Shown here: piece by piece, positions 13,552 to 26,600 of the stretch
How the letters are laid out: each line of letters begins with the position of its first letter
How positions within the stretch are numbered: position 1 is the stretch's first letter
From: Bugula neritina
Lineage: Eukaryota > Animalia > Bryozoa
DNA length: 64,000 bases
Direction of reading: 5' to 3'
NCBI GenBank assembly: GCA_964035545.1
Contig: OZ037765.1
Span: 26,163,504 to 26,227,503, forward strand
Made by a program: the position numbers and the translations under genes
The notes under the pieces: model-generated
What the model was told of the DNA's origin: nothing
Seen by the model: only the letters and a program-made list of their open reading frames with translations
The model's database searches: none

Positions 13552-14879
13552 AGTCACTATGATTTCTATACCTTGAAACAGAAAAGTATATTTGATACTA
13601 TTTTGATAGCTACTCATGAACTGATACATGCATAAAGTACATGTAAATGACATCACGGTGAATTTACAACCTCCAACAACGGTCAACAAATGCTTATTTT
13701 TATAGTTAAAGGCATAATAAAAAATGAAGAACTACCATTTAAAAAAATACAATGTGATAGAAACAGTGATTAATGAACAATAACATATTTTAAATTATTA
13801 AAATTTGAACAAATAATATATTTATAATTACAAGCATTTCACATAATCTACAGTACTAGTATACTATCTGATTTTTATATACTGCTTAATATTTTGTACG
13901 ATTCAACACCAGAGTTGCATACTATAATGCATATTCAGAATACTCAAAACTATTATGTATTGAATGTTTGAAAAAGACAGATAACTAATTCAAAAGAGTT
14001 AAACCCAGTTGGATATGAAATTACAACATAGTTGTATTTGGTCATAAAGATTCAGAATTCATATGGCATCAAACTAATAATTTTAGCACAGTGGTAGTCC
14101 TTATAGGTATATATTTAAAGCTGAGTAATTGCATGTCTGTTTTGTCATTTACATTAAACTTGCCATGCAATTACATCATATAACTAAAATGCTTATACAG
14201 CTCTTTTCGTAATTATAGTTTGGTTCTCAGTTAATTTAATACTCTTCATTTACCTACTGAGCTTCTAATGCAATGGTAGATGAAAATTGTCACTTAAATG
14301 TAAAGTTCTAAATGTGTTGACTTTACTTATTTACAAAACCAAATAATTGCTATAACAAAAGAAATTATAGCTATAAAGATTACATTGAACACGAGCTGCT
14401 ACCTTGCAATATCACAACTTGAGTATGAACAAGTTCTAAAAACCTGGCAAAGAGAACAAGCGATATTTTATGAGTATTGGATTGAATTTGTAAGTAAATG
14501 TTAATAGTGATATTTTATTCATTACTAAAGCGTAATCAAACCATTTATAATGTGAGTATATGTTGGCCATTAAGAAATTTTTAAAAATGTTATATTTTGT
14601 ATTTAGATAATCTTGCTATTATATCGAGCAGTATAAAAATCTGCAGCTTGAACTAATTTCTAATGTTTTTGAGCAAGTGAATTGCTGAAAAATATGTGAA
14701 AATATTGAGAGTGCCTATTTTTTTCTGCTCATCAAGTCTACAAGAGAAAGCTACTCAACTCTACATACATGTATAATTTTATTTGTTTTGTAACACACAA
14801 AACAAACACATTTTTTTCATAATACTGAAGTAAAACTCAAAGTCAAAGTGTATTCAGTTTTCACTTTTAGTAAAAAATC

Positions 14880-15330
14880 AAAACAGTGAAAATCTAATAT
14901 CTAGTTTATAATAACTATAAGTATAAGTATAACTATACCAATTTTGATATTGATTATGATTATTCATATTGATTATCATTATGATATTGATAATATTTTA
15001 AGTAATAGCAATACAATTACAAATATTTATATTTATATTATAATTATTGCCTGATTACTGATTAGTCATACCCATAGTCATAGTGATTATCATTATCATT
15101 ATGATTATATTGATATTTATATTTTATTTATACTAAATCTAATAATTCTGTCTTGCCAAATTAAAGCCAACTGTTATTACAGCAATAGTGATTGGGGCAA
15201 AGCCTATCAATTATAAGTATAGTTTACTTTAAGACAAGGGGCTAAAGTTAATAGATCACACTGCTTTAAGTTTAAGACGTTATTATTGTGATTGTAATTG
15301 TGATTATCATTATGAATTGTAATTATACTA
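14880..15330. repeat. Degenerate 3/6-periodic tract in a BCL7 5'UTR intron
   Basis: ataactataagtataagtataact, gattatgattattcatattgattatcattatgat and agtcatacccatagtcatagtgat runs. Confidence 0.75.
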
Positions 15331-15339
15331 GCTAATAGA

Positions 15340-16230
15340 ACTAAAAGTCCTTCACCTAGCGTATACTGTTCGCGAACATGATTGTACAGATCTACATCTT
15401 CTATTGGCTAATAAGAATATCCTCAACTAATCGTTTCATGTTTTTCTCCCTGAAATATTTTAGCGGTCATTACACTGTACTTTTTGTGAGCGCTGATCAC
15501 TCATTTGAGTAGATTGTAGAAAAATTGTCTCCGAATTTTAATTTGCTGTTGCCTAACCACTATCTCTGTGTAGTCACATGCACAATCACAATGGCAATAT
15601 TTCTATAATGTATGATAAAGTAAATGTTTGAAAAAATAAGCTATGTTTATAGAACATTCCGGGTCCCGTAGGCGTAGGCTGTAGTCACTCACTGTCAGCA
15701 GACGTAGTGCAAAACTCAATCACTGCGATAGTCACTCGTACTCGTAGTCCTACTCATAGATTATAGTTAACTTGAATGTCTCAATTTTATGTTTATATTT
15801 TAAAGAACATTAACAATTAACTGAGTGGTGAAAAAGAAATTACTAATATAATTTTGATTTCAATTTGGTTTTGTGGTTCAGATTAACTTTGGCTGTGAGT
15901 TTGAGAGCTGTAGTGTAAGTGGAAAGCCAAATTGGTTGTAAAATAGTTAATGTTATACTTATACTTAGTGTCAATGATATCAGTCACCAGTGGTATTTAA
16001 ACTAGCACTCAATCTCGTGCTGCATATTTTGCAAATTTCAATATCCACATCATTTGGTCTCACAAACTCTAAGATAGTCAAAGTGATTGTGAATTGTAAT
16101 TGCTATCATAATTTGGTTCGACTTTTCTGTTTACGGATAAATACCCGTGGTGATAGTGATAGGCTAGCTGATAATTGAACTTGAATAAGTTAATAAGTTC
16201 TGTTCACTGTTACACTTCACGAGATCAACA
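15340..16230. promoter_or_regulatory. Putative divergent promoter region BCL7 (-) / TLCD4 (+), with a periodic tract at ~15680-16330
   Basis: CpG cluster (ttcgcgaa, agcgc, ccgggtcccgtaggcg) between divergent genes, with hexamer-phased agtcactcgtactcgtagtcctactcatag. The TSS is inferred. Confidence 0.45.
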
Positions 16231-16232
16231 TC

Positions 16233-19200
16233 ATGATGGGTTTTGGATTAAACCTCAATTCAATAGTAAGTTATTCACTACCTTTTTTTCTGTAATTAAA
16301 ATTAGCTTATACTTATATGTTTAAAATCAAAATTAGAGTTATAATGGGATATATTATGAAGCTGTTACAGTTACGCACCCCTCAATTCTTACAAAGTACT
16401 AGTCTGAACATACTTTGTGGAATAAAAAGTTAAATCTGGCGTAGATACAGCATTACCTGCTTGAGTAGTTACCATAATTAGTGGCTTATCAATTGAACTA
16501 AAGCGTTGAATGCTACTTGAGCAGGTTTTCATATTTGAATTTGATTTATTTTACTTTGTTGAGCTGAAAAAATACAACAATTTGTCTGTACTGGGAAAGT
16601 TCTGCAAATATTAATCAGTTCAAAGTATTATAATTCTGTATTTTCTTTTTAGCTTTTAGCGATATGCCTATTTCGAAATTTTGTATTGAAAAGTGCATTT
16701 CTTTCTACAGTACAATTTAAGAAAAAGAGTTAAAATCTAAGTATATAATAACATTATCATTATTGATTGAAGAATAAAATGCTCAAGACATATTTACTGT
16801 TAAGGAGCTGCTGTGACCCAATCATGTATAATCGTGTATAATTATTGTTGTGGCTAGTAGGTCAAACTCTACCTAGAGAATCGGTTATTTTAGAAAGCAA
16901 ATTTGGCTGCTAATGTTTCTGTGCTACTTTAAAACCCTTGGGCATGTTCTCTTCACTTTTGAAAGAAATCCATAGCCTGTTCAAAAACTTCTATTGTTGA
17001 AAGTTTTCACAGAACGTTAAATCTAGACAAGCTTCAGCTTTTTTAACATTGAATTGTTTGAACCTGTAATAAAGAATGTTCTCTAATTATTTGCCCTAAG
17101 AGCTTTTGAATAAAAATATCTGTATGCATTACCTGAAATAATAAGTGATTTAGTTTTGGCAAACTTGCTGCAACTCAAAATGTGTTGGTCCTTAGGGTTG
17201 AAAAAGGGTGGGCAGCCATTTAAAGATTGTGGGCTACATTAATTTTCAAGTATACGTTGCCACATGATTTGGTGAAGACTTTGGCTCTGACTAAAATTTC
17301 TCTAAAACTGAACAGTTTGCAGCTAATGTTACGTTTTGCATGTTTCAACTGAGAGAACTAAACATATAATATAACTAATTAAACCTGTTTAATCCGTTTT
17401 TTCATCTTGTTCCATGTTCTCTAAAGTGCTTTCATTGACTATTTGTTTTGCCATGGTAGAAAGAATTGGACGTTCCAGCTGCACAGACTGAAGAAGAGAT
17501 GAATTTGTATATAACTGTGGTAGCTGCGTCTTTTATAGTCACTTTTCTCATGTTTTTCGTGTTGGAATACATTGTCAAAATATATAATCCTTCATTCCTC
17601 AAGAACTTGTCGACATCGAATAGAACACTACTTTTAACACAGTAAGTGAATCAGAATCTCTATTCCTTTGAAATCATTTTCTTTCACTTTTCATAATTTG
17701 CTTTTTGCTTTAATCTTTTTCATGTTTATCATTTTATGAACTTTTATTTTGTAGAATTCAATCAAACATTCATGCAATTATAGTTTGTTTCTTGTCTACC
17801 TATGTGTTATATCAGAGTGAAGAGCTCAAAGCCGACTACATATGGTAAGAATTCATTTTAGTACCTTACAAGATGAAAACTTAGCATAGAAAGTTTCTAT
17901 TTCATGCTGAATCACAGTTATTTTCGAAAGCCTTTCTTATGACCAAGGGTGGGAGCTCACATTCAAAGGAAATAACAATAGTTTTCCTCTCATGGATATC
18001 TCCAGTAGTTGGTTTGCATAGATTTCCTATCCATTCACTATTTCGTAATTCAGTTTAGGGTCTCATAGTTTTATCTGGTTGGTTACTAATGTTAATAGTT
18101 TTAAATTACTACATATTAAGCAGTTTTTAAATTGAATCAGCTGGTTGAATTTTAAGATCATTTACATAGTTCTGAGAATGAAGCAGTTTTTGGCAAAATC
18201 AAATTTAAAGTTGCTAAGCAAAAAGTTAAAATCCGCCGTCAATTCACAATAGCAATACAATTACTGTCCAGGCAGCTGTAAACAAAGATTGCTTTTGGTT
18301 TCTAAAAGCCATAGCCCTTAATTGTAGCAACCTAGGATATTGTATTTGAACTTTTGGCTTCTAACGCTCCCCCCAACTTCCTCTGTTGCACTTCCATACT
18401 GTTTTGCAATTATATGATGACATATAATATTGTGTTTTTCAGCTTCAACAAAGCATGTAAGAATTTATTAGTATTTAATTTCTATCAGTATTAACCTTGG
18501 AATAGCCACAGATAGCAGTTAAAATATCTAAAATCTAAAAACTTAGTCAATTATTAACTGGGCCGTTTAGCCTTATTTCTTATTTCTTTCAGGGTGTAGT
18601 ATAGTTCAGGTGTTTGGGGTTTGGGGTTTAGACTACTTTTGTAGTAAAAACAAAATTAGTTGTGACTCAATTTGCACATTCCTAGTTTTCAATCTTGGGT
18701 GTAATTTTCCTCCAGACAATTCTAAGTGAATTTATAGCTTATACTGATGCTTATGCTATTCAAATTGTTTTGCTTCCAGTTTTTAAAATAAATGAAAACC
18801 TCTTAGGCTATAAGGTCTTTTTCTCCACAATTCACTTATTGCACTGTATTTTATTATATTGAGCTTTTTCTATTACAGGGGGAAATGCCAACTTGCATCT
18901 GTAGCCTGTGCTGTTACAATTGGCTACATGGCAGCTGGTAAGCTGAAATAGCATTTTATATAATTATAATGTAGCCTCATATGCAAAGCAAACTTGCTGG
19001 GCCCGTTTGGTGTATCTAAATAACAAATAGCAGTAACAAGGTAAAATGACTAAATTGTTGGAGCTGGAACAGGTTGGCTCAACATTTTTCTATTCCCGAC
19101 TTCTTTGATCACTCGTTGTATTTTCAATCAAAAACACATCTGTGATAGTTTACTTGAAACTATCCTTAAGAATGGCTAGCTCTACATAAACTTCATGCTA

Positions 19201-22139
19201 TGAGAAAACTAGTAAAATATTGAAAAAACAATTATTGTGTTGTAATATAATCAGTAAGAAGTTAATTAGTATTTTAATAATTTTGTAGACCTGTTGACTA
19301 TAATCATACGCTGGAAGGATGTTGGTGAATGGTCCTACGTGTTCCACCACTTGTTTTCTGCTTTGGCATTTATTTATATTATAGTAAGTGCTGTAATCCT
19401 ACTTTTAATCATAACCTGCAGCTCAAGATAGGTAGTCAATACAGCTTGAGCTGATAATACTTTCCATGTAGTGATCCTGACCTTTGTATGTTTTTGGAAC
19501 TAATTTAAGGGTTGGCAGCTTTATCTAAGTTCACTTCACTCTGTAACAAAGTAACCTTTGTGCCATATTTGAGCCTTAGACTTTGATCTAGATTAGAATA
19601 TTGACTTTTGACAGGCTGCAGCAGTAGTGTTGGGGATATTATTACTTATTATTGCTAGTTTGTCAGGCAGCCAGTTGATGAAGACCATAGGACATAAAAC
19701 AAACAGCATCTTTTCAGTAAACTCTGGCTTCACAAGTTCAGCATCCCATTCTCATCTTGAAATGCCTGGTTTAGTCATCATATCAGTTTGAGATATGCCA
19801 GGTGTTGTTTACATTGCAGGTTAAATTATCTCAAAGAATAGTTGAAGGTGTAAAACTAATAAACTCATTGAGAATTTGCAGTTAACTTTGTTGTATAATT
19901 AATACTATTACTATTGCTATTACATCTTAATTTGATTATGATATAAGTTCACTACTGTTTACCTTTCATTCAAGCCATTTACCCTAGTAACATTAGCAAT
20001 GTCAGAAGTGGTGGAATATATTACATAATAGCATAGAATAGAATAACTGATTGGGAGGGAGTGGCTGAAATTGACATCACTGCGATTGTTTATACTTACT
20101 CAATCCCAAAAGTGAAATCACAGGGTGTACACACTTATGCTAAACTTTATCATCTTTTTAATTCCCTCATCTATAGAACTCTGTTGAATGCTACTAATCA
20201 TGCTGGATAGTAAATGGTTATAAATGCAGGTCATTGATGGTGGATAACTCCTAAGGCTCATTCCAGTCGCCCAAACGAGTGCATTTCTTTGCATAAAAAA
20301 GAGATTAAAAATATATTATTGTCTTGTGTTAAGAAACAAGCTTGTTTTCAAATTCATCGGTAGCTAGGTACAACGTTGGTGCATATAAGTCATTTCCAAG
20401 ACAAAACCTTTCAACAATTTTTCTTGGTCTTGCTGTAAGCATAAATAAGCCACTGAAAACACGATGCTCTTTGTGCGTGTATAAAGGTGCTGTTGAAAAG
20501 GTTATTAGATTTTCAAACTTGCTCTACAAAATAGTAAATTGAGTAAGTAGATTAAATCTATTTAGCCGTAGCTGATGTAGAACAGTTGATATCACCTTCC
20601 TGGCTACTGAATTCAATGTAACAGCTGCTCTGTAATTATATAAAGCTGTTCAGCCTAGCAAGTGGTGAACTCAGCTATGTTAGAGTTGTCTGCCTTTAGG
20701 CTGCAAGTGTTTCACTAAAGTAAAAAGTTTCCATTCCTATTCCTCAATCAACTAACCAGCCTATACCTATGACCTATTATTGTGGAGCACAAATAAGTGA
20801 AATTTAATATTGCACCATAATCACATTCAACAGCAACTGGCAGATTTTTTTAAGTTCTAGCTAGTACCTCTAACTTTCTACCAAGCTATATGTTTTCTAC
20901 AGAGCTCCTCCCACTATAAACAGTTTAATAACTCAAAGCTTGTTAAAACATCATATTTGAGGAGTCAACAGTTTTTGGCTCAACAATTGATAATTGTTAT
21001 TGAATGACACTGTTAGGATGAGGCTGCACTCTCAATGTGCCATTATTTAACATATGCTTTACTATTGTCTTTCTTTTTTAGTTCTATGGAAAGTTCAAAT
21101 TCTTCGCAATGATTAGGCTGCTGGCTGAATATTCAACTATCTTTGTCAACTTCAGGTAACTTATTATTTCATAATATGAAATCTGGTACACATTTCTTCA
21201 CTGATTCAAATTAGCTTACTGCTTATTTTTTTAATTCTTTTATAACAATACATTTGTACAAAGTCAGGTGGTCTTGTACAAATGTTAATGCATCATAGGA
21301 AGTAAAATTTATATAATTATTACCTAGTTTATATAATATAAAATAATGTATAATATTTGAGTATATTATATCTATTCAAATATTGAAGCCTGGCATATCC
21401 TCTTCGAAAGTTTTTTATAGCACCATTGGAGTCTTTCATTTTCATAACCTTATAGATCAATATTTTGTGTAAATTTGGTAATTAATGAATGAAAATGCAC
21501 TTGTGGTGTATATTTTACGACAAACAGTGCTGCTATCCATATAAGACACTTATGCCCGCAATATTATTACAAAATTTTTGGAGTTGTGCCACTTTTAAAC
21601 ATAGTTTGAAGCTTTTTCAAGTTTCATAAAGTTGAATGAAGCAATCACGCAATATTCTGATAGTGTTAAATGGTATTATAAGTTTTTTTATAAAATCACA
21701 TAATTGTAAAAAAAAATAATATTTTAAAAACCACCAAATATGCATTCCTAATAATTCAGTGGTTTTATTCGTTTAAGTTTATTTTAAAATGGCTTTATTT
21801 TGGTTTTTCAGACACACATTGCACATGTTTGGTATGCAAAACTCATCCATCTACTTCTACAATGGTCTAATGATGGTATTCTCATTTACCTGTGCCAGAA
21901 TGATACCTCTACCAATATATATCTACTGCATACTATCTATATCTGATAGACCAGATTACCATAGCTCTCTCATTGGCAAACTTATCCTCTGGTTAGCCAC
22001 TTTTGTACTGGACAGTCTGAATGTGCTGTGGTATATAAAAATGCTGAGAGGTGCTGTCAAAGTTTGGAAAAGTCATAAAAGTAATGCCTCGTCAAGTCCT
22101 GTGTCTGCTAGCAGAGTTAAGGATATCAAACAGGGATAG
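16233..22139 (+). CDS. TLCD4: TLC-domain membrane protein (TLCD4/TMEM56-like)
   Basis: Exons 16233-16265, 17460-17641, 17755-17844, 18879-18937, 19289-19383, 21082-21155, 21812-22139 are in phase. TLC motifs SNIHA, GYMAADL, YVFHH, RLLAEYSTIFVNFR, NGLMM..F...R and LN..WY.KM.RG. Confidence 0.88.
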
Positions 22140-23029
22140 TCAGTCATTTATGTTAGCAAAACTGTGCATAATCTTCTCTACTTTTGTTGTCTAATACTAC
22201 TTGTGTAGATTTGTTTTACTGTTTGGTCCAGAATTCCTACTGATTGATGGTGCCCGTTTGTGTACTTAATTTATTGTTATCAAATACTATATAATGATTA
22301 TATATGTCTCAGTCAAATATATCAGTTGAATTTTTATCATTATTTTTATATTATTTCCAAGATCGCCAATATAATATATGTCATACTGTGTGTTATTTTA
22401 TTTGTCATCCCTGAATTGTACAGTCAAGGGTATAAAAAGTTGAGGTATATAAAGTTATATCTTGAGGTATATGAAATATAAAATTTCTGGTTTATCGAAC
22501 ACAAAAGGTTTTTGTTTGAGTGATAATTTGAGTAACTGGAGCTATCATAGTTTAAAGATTGAGTGAGTAAATCCGAAATTCTGTAAAAGCTGTAATTCAA
22601 TGAGCCATAAACTAACATTTATTCTTCTTCAAATGAGTGTCATTTGTCTCATTGCAGCTTACTAGAATGATTTTAATTTTCATTAGTCGTAATCAGTTAT
22701 TAACTAGATGCAATAGCCCTATGTTGGAAAATTTCGACAAGATTCAAACATATAGCCTACAAATTTATGACTTCTTTATTTCTACTCGCCATCAGTTCCT
22801 AACTACTTGTATTCTTTGGTAGATTTGAAAATATTGAATGGAGCTAAAGCTTAACAAATGTTGTGGTTATGATTAGAAAAATATATTCAAAATGTTTATA
22901 TCTTCACTCAAATTCTTGATCCATCTTTAGTGTGTAGAATGTGAGATGCCACACTATAACATAGCCAGCATTTTATATAGAAGATCAGTTGTGCCCTCCT
23001 GTTTAGTACGAAGGGGAAATCCCTCTGCA

Positions 23030-23110
23030 GCTTATTGGCTAACAACCTTCAAGCTTGTGCGCGGAGCTTTTAACCTATAAAATACTTGGAATATTAATCA
23101 TATTATTACT
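23030..23110 (+). promoter_or_regulatory. Possible TATA-type promoter of the TESK gene
   Basis: ATTGG (reverse CCAAT) at ~23034, GC element gtgcgcgg, and CTATAAAA at ~23075, about 500 nt upstream of the ATG. Confidence 0.35.
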
Positions 23111-23600
23111 GGCTGTTATTGAGTAATTACTGACTATAGATTTGTTATATAAAGCAGGTTATTCACAAAAGGTGACACTCAAAAGATACTATTACCCCTA
23201 TTGTATTGTATCCTGCACTAGGGAACAGCTATTATAGTTACTTGCATTCAACTACTCCGTCTGAACACTAAGGCTATTCCCATATTGAAGCAAGAGTGTT
23301 ATTTTAGTCTCATTTGTCTGAACACAACTAGCTGCTTTGTGTAGAAATGTCAACCCTCAAGGAGAAACCTGTTTACCCCCCACAGAAACTTACTAATATT
23401 CCAGGTTTGTAGAACTTTCAATACATTTTTCAATAACTGTTTCATAAAGTCGCTCTACTTTGAGTTTGTTTACCATTTTTTATTAACGTTTGAGTTTTTG
23501 CTAGAATTTTTAGTTGATATGAAAGCTTTTAGACATTTCTTCTTTTTTCTGTGCTGCTCCAAAAAAGCTTTTCGGTGGCATTTTTAGCAAGTAATCTATA

Positions 23601-26600
23601 ATGGCACAACACAGTTTACCCGATATTTCTGGGGATATAAATAACAACAATGGCTGTTTGGAGGCTGGTGATGACGAGAGAGTACCCACACCATGTGCGG
23701 CTACCTCTCAAATAAGACGTACTTCAACATGCCAGGCCTTAAGGCTTGCTGTCCTGAAACTGTACCGATTAGATGACTTTACCATGCACCGTATAGGCGA
23801 AGGATTCTTCTCTGAAGTTTACAAGGTATGCCCTGTGCAAACTGTAGGCTATTAGTATTTCCTAAAACAAACTTATCTGAAAATTATATGCCACTATCTG
23901 GGTAATTAAGGTTTAAAAATCCATTTTATTAAATTATATCATTACTGTAAACTAATTTGGCTAATATTATCTAGCTTATGATTGATTAAATGCTGAAATA
24001 TTTTGATATTGTTATAAACTATCTGTCTTCTGTGTGCACTTGCTATCAAACCCACTTACTTAAAGTTAATGCCCTGCTGCGATATATTTATCTTTATCAA
24101 CTTTCCGAAGCAGGAACCACCCTAATATCCTAATATAAAAATCATATACTCAAGTACTACTCTATATTTTGAAGGGTATGGCTATTTTATACTCATACTT
24201 CCCTGTAGATGTGTACATTACATAAAATTACATTGAGTATCTTTGTATTCAGGTGACGCATAAAGTCTCAGGTGAAATTATGGTCCTCAAGATGAACACA
24301 ATTGATGATAATAGGCCGAACATGCTCCGTGAAGTTCAACTTATGAACAGGATGTCTCACCCCAACATTCTCAAGTGAGTTTTACTCTTATTATTATATT
24401 CAATAAACAAGTTGAGGTGCCAGCAGGGATTCACTGCGTGACATGTTGACTGAATTGCTTTGGCAAGGTCTGCTATACATCGGTTCACTGTTGAAGCTGT
24501 GTTAAATTCGTTAAATTCATATTTATACTAAGCAATAATGACAGATCACTGTTTACTAATTGGTGTTTATGAAAAGGTGTTGCCTTGTGCATGCACCAAA
24601 ACTTGTTGATAAAATTTACCTATATTTAAGATTATGTAATATGCCCTTCATTACATATATTACTTTATAACTTTAGGGTAACAATGATATAAACTCATTA
24701 CACTATGGCTAGCCTTAGTGGCTTTCATGTACTAGGAACTATTTATGAGCTGCTGTCTACAGGGCCCATAATTTTTCTTCATTGTTGCTTGGAAGCTAGA
24801 GTATTAGCAATATTACCATTAATGTCACTGTCAGATCAGCAATACAAATTGGAGCCTTCCTCAAGTAAAATTACCTATTAGAAACGGCCTGTCTAAATGC
24901 TAAAGAAGGTAAAATATATCACAGGCTGTTTAAATGAATCAAAGCCAATTGCTTGAAAGTTAATAGGGTTTTTTAACTGTTAAATTAGCAATGTAGAATA
25001 TTTGTGCAAATATTTGTACTTGGTATTTGGTAGTCAAAATTATTGATTACAAGCTACTTACTGCAGCTGAGGTTTTGCAGCCTAATTATCTACTATAACA
25101 CGAGCACTACTGAAGTTGTCCAGCAAATATTTCATTTTCTTTTCAATTGATTTCATTGGGCAATAGCGTAATGTTATTATTGTTCAATATGTTATAGTTG
25201 ATTGACCTTACGGAATGTTATCATGAATTTTTAATAGATTTATTTCTTCTATTCATTGAATATCCACAACAGACAGAATCTATCTGTTGCTTCATCAACT
25301 GTCCAATGAGCTCATTTTCAATTGAAGCACTGATTACACAAGGATCTTGGCTTACATCATCCCCTTGACAGCTCAATGGGATAATTTAGTATCCATATTT
25401 TATACTACTAAAATCCTAGAGTAGTATTGCACAGTTGAGCAGTAGCAACATTTGATACAAAATTCTCTTTAGACAACTAGCATTAGTAAGCCTGGCCTGC
25501 TTTGTTTACAAAAAAATGTAATTATTAACTTCTTCCACAAATATGTCACATGTATACCATAATTATGCTTGTTTAATAGAATAGTTTATATGAAATAATA
25601 ATAAATGCGATGTAAACAAGACAACTGTTTACAAAATGGTAAACCCAGGGGTGGGTGATTGATAATAAACAAAATGTAGAGGACTTGCAGAAGGTGACCC
25701 ATGTGCCATGCTGTACTTGTAGCCAGTCGGTCTGTTTAAATAAGTTGTGATACATTTTATATACTGGTCAACCAATTTGAACTTTCAATTTGAACAGAGA
25801 AACTGCAAATTACGCTGCAGGGGGTGGAATATAGACTTAGCTATGACTATGATCAGCTGATGTAACTCTGGTTAAACTCTAAGTCCCATTGCTCTGGAGC
25901 TGTATAGTTATTAATTTTATATCGTTTAGGAATACAGTTGGCGTTTCTTTATGCTGGCACTAATTATAAGACAGTTGTAATTTGTTCATAGACCACACGT
26001 ATTTGTCTAAAGTAGAGACAAATACTACACTAAAGTTGCACCAAACAAATAGCAATGCATATGTGTAACCCTAGTAACTTGCTATGTGATGCGTGACTTA
26101 GTTATACGTTAGCTGTTTGCCAAGTTGATTGATCTATATATCTGCCAAATGATATTTGTATAGTAATATATTATTTGGTTTTATAGGCAAAATTTTTTTT
26201 CTTTAGTATTCTAACTCTGCTGTAATTTGATCAGCTTAATGTTTCATAAACCATCCTACAACATGTTATTGCTTGCTCAGCGGAAAAATTGGTTCAACTG
26301 TATTCAGTGGGGCAACTAATAAATTTATGCACTTTCTCAATGTTGGAGGCTAAAAAACATACAAAAATCGGATGCAATGATAATTGAGCTAAATGAAGCT
26401 ATTGTTCTAGCTTTGATGAAATCTCTGAAATGAACATTACAATAACAACTATTCTATTTTGTCAATAGGTTTCTTGGAGTGTGTGTACACAAAGGCCAAC
26501 TGCATGCTCTAACAGAGGTTAGTTCTAACTTTCCCGACTGTTATAAGTAATGGTATCCGTACAAATATTATCGTCTGAAATTGTTCGTAATAATAATATG

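Noticed and set aside
16850-17230. Possible decayed hAT MITE end (AAAAGGGTGGGCAGCC) in TLCD4 intron 1
   Set aside because: No matching left TIR or TSD could be found by eye.
19500-20750. GC-richer intronic sequence in TLCD4, possibly old TE remnants
   Set aside because: No sustained ORF, termini or recognisable motif; it needs a repeat library search.
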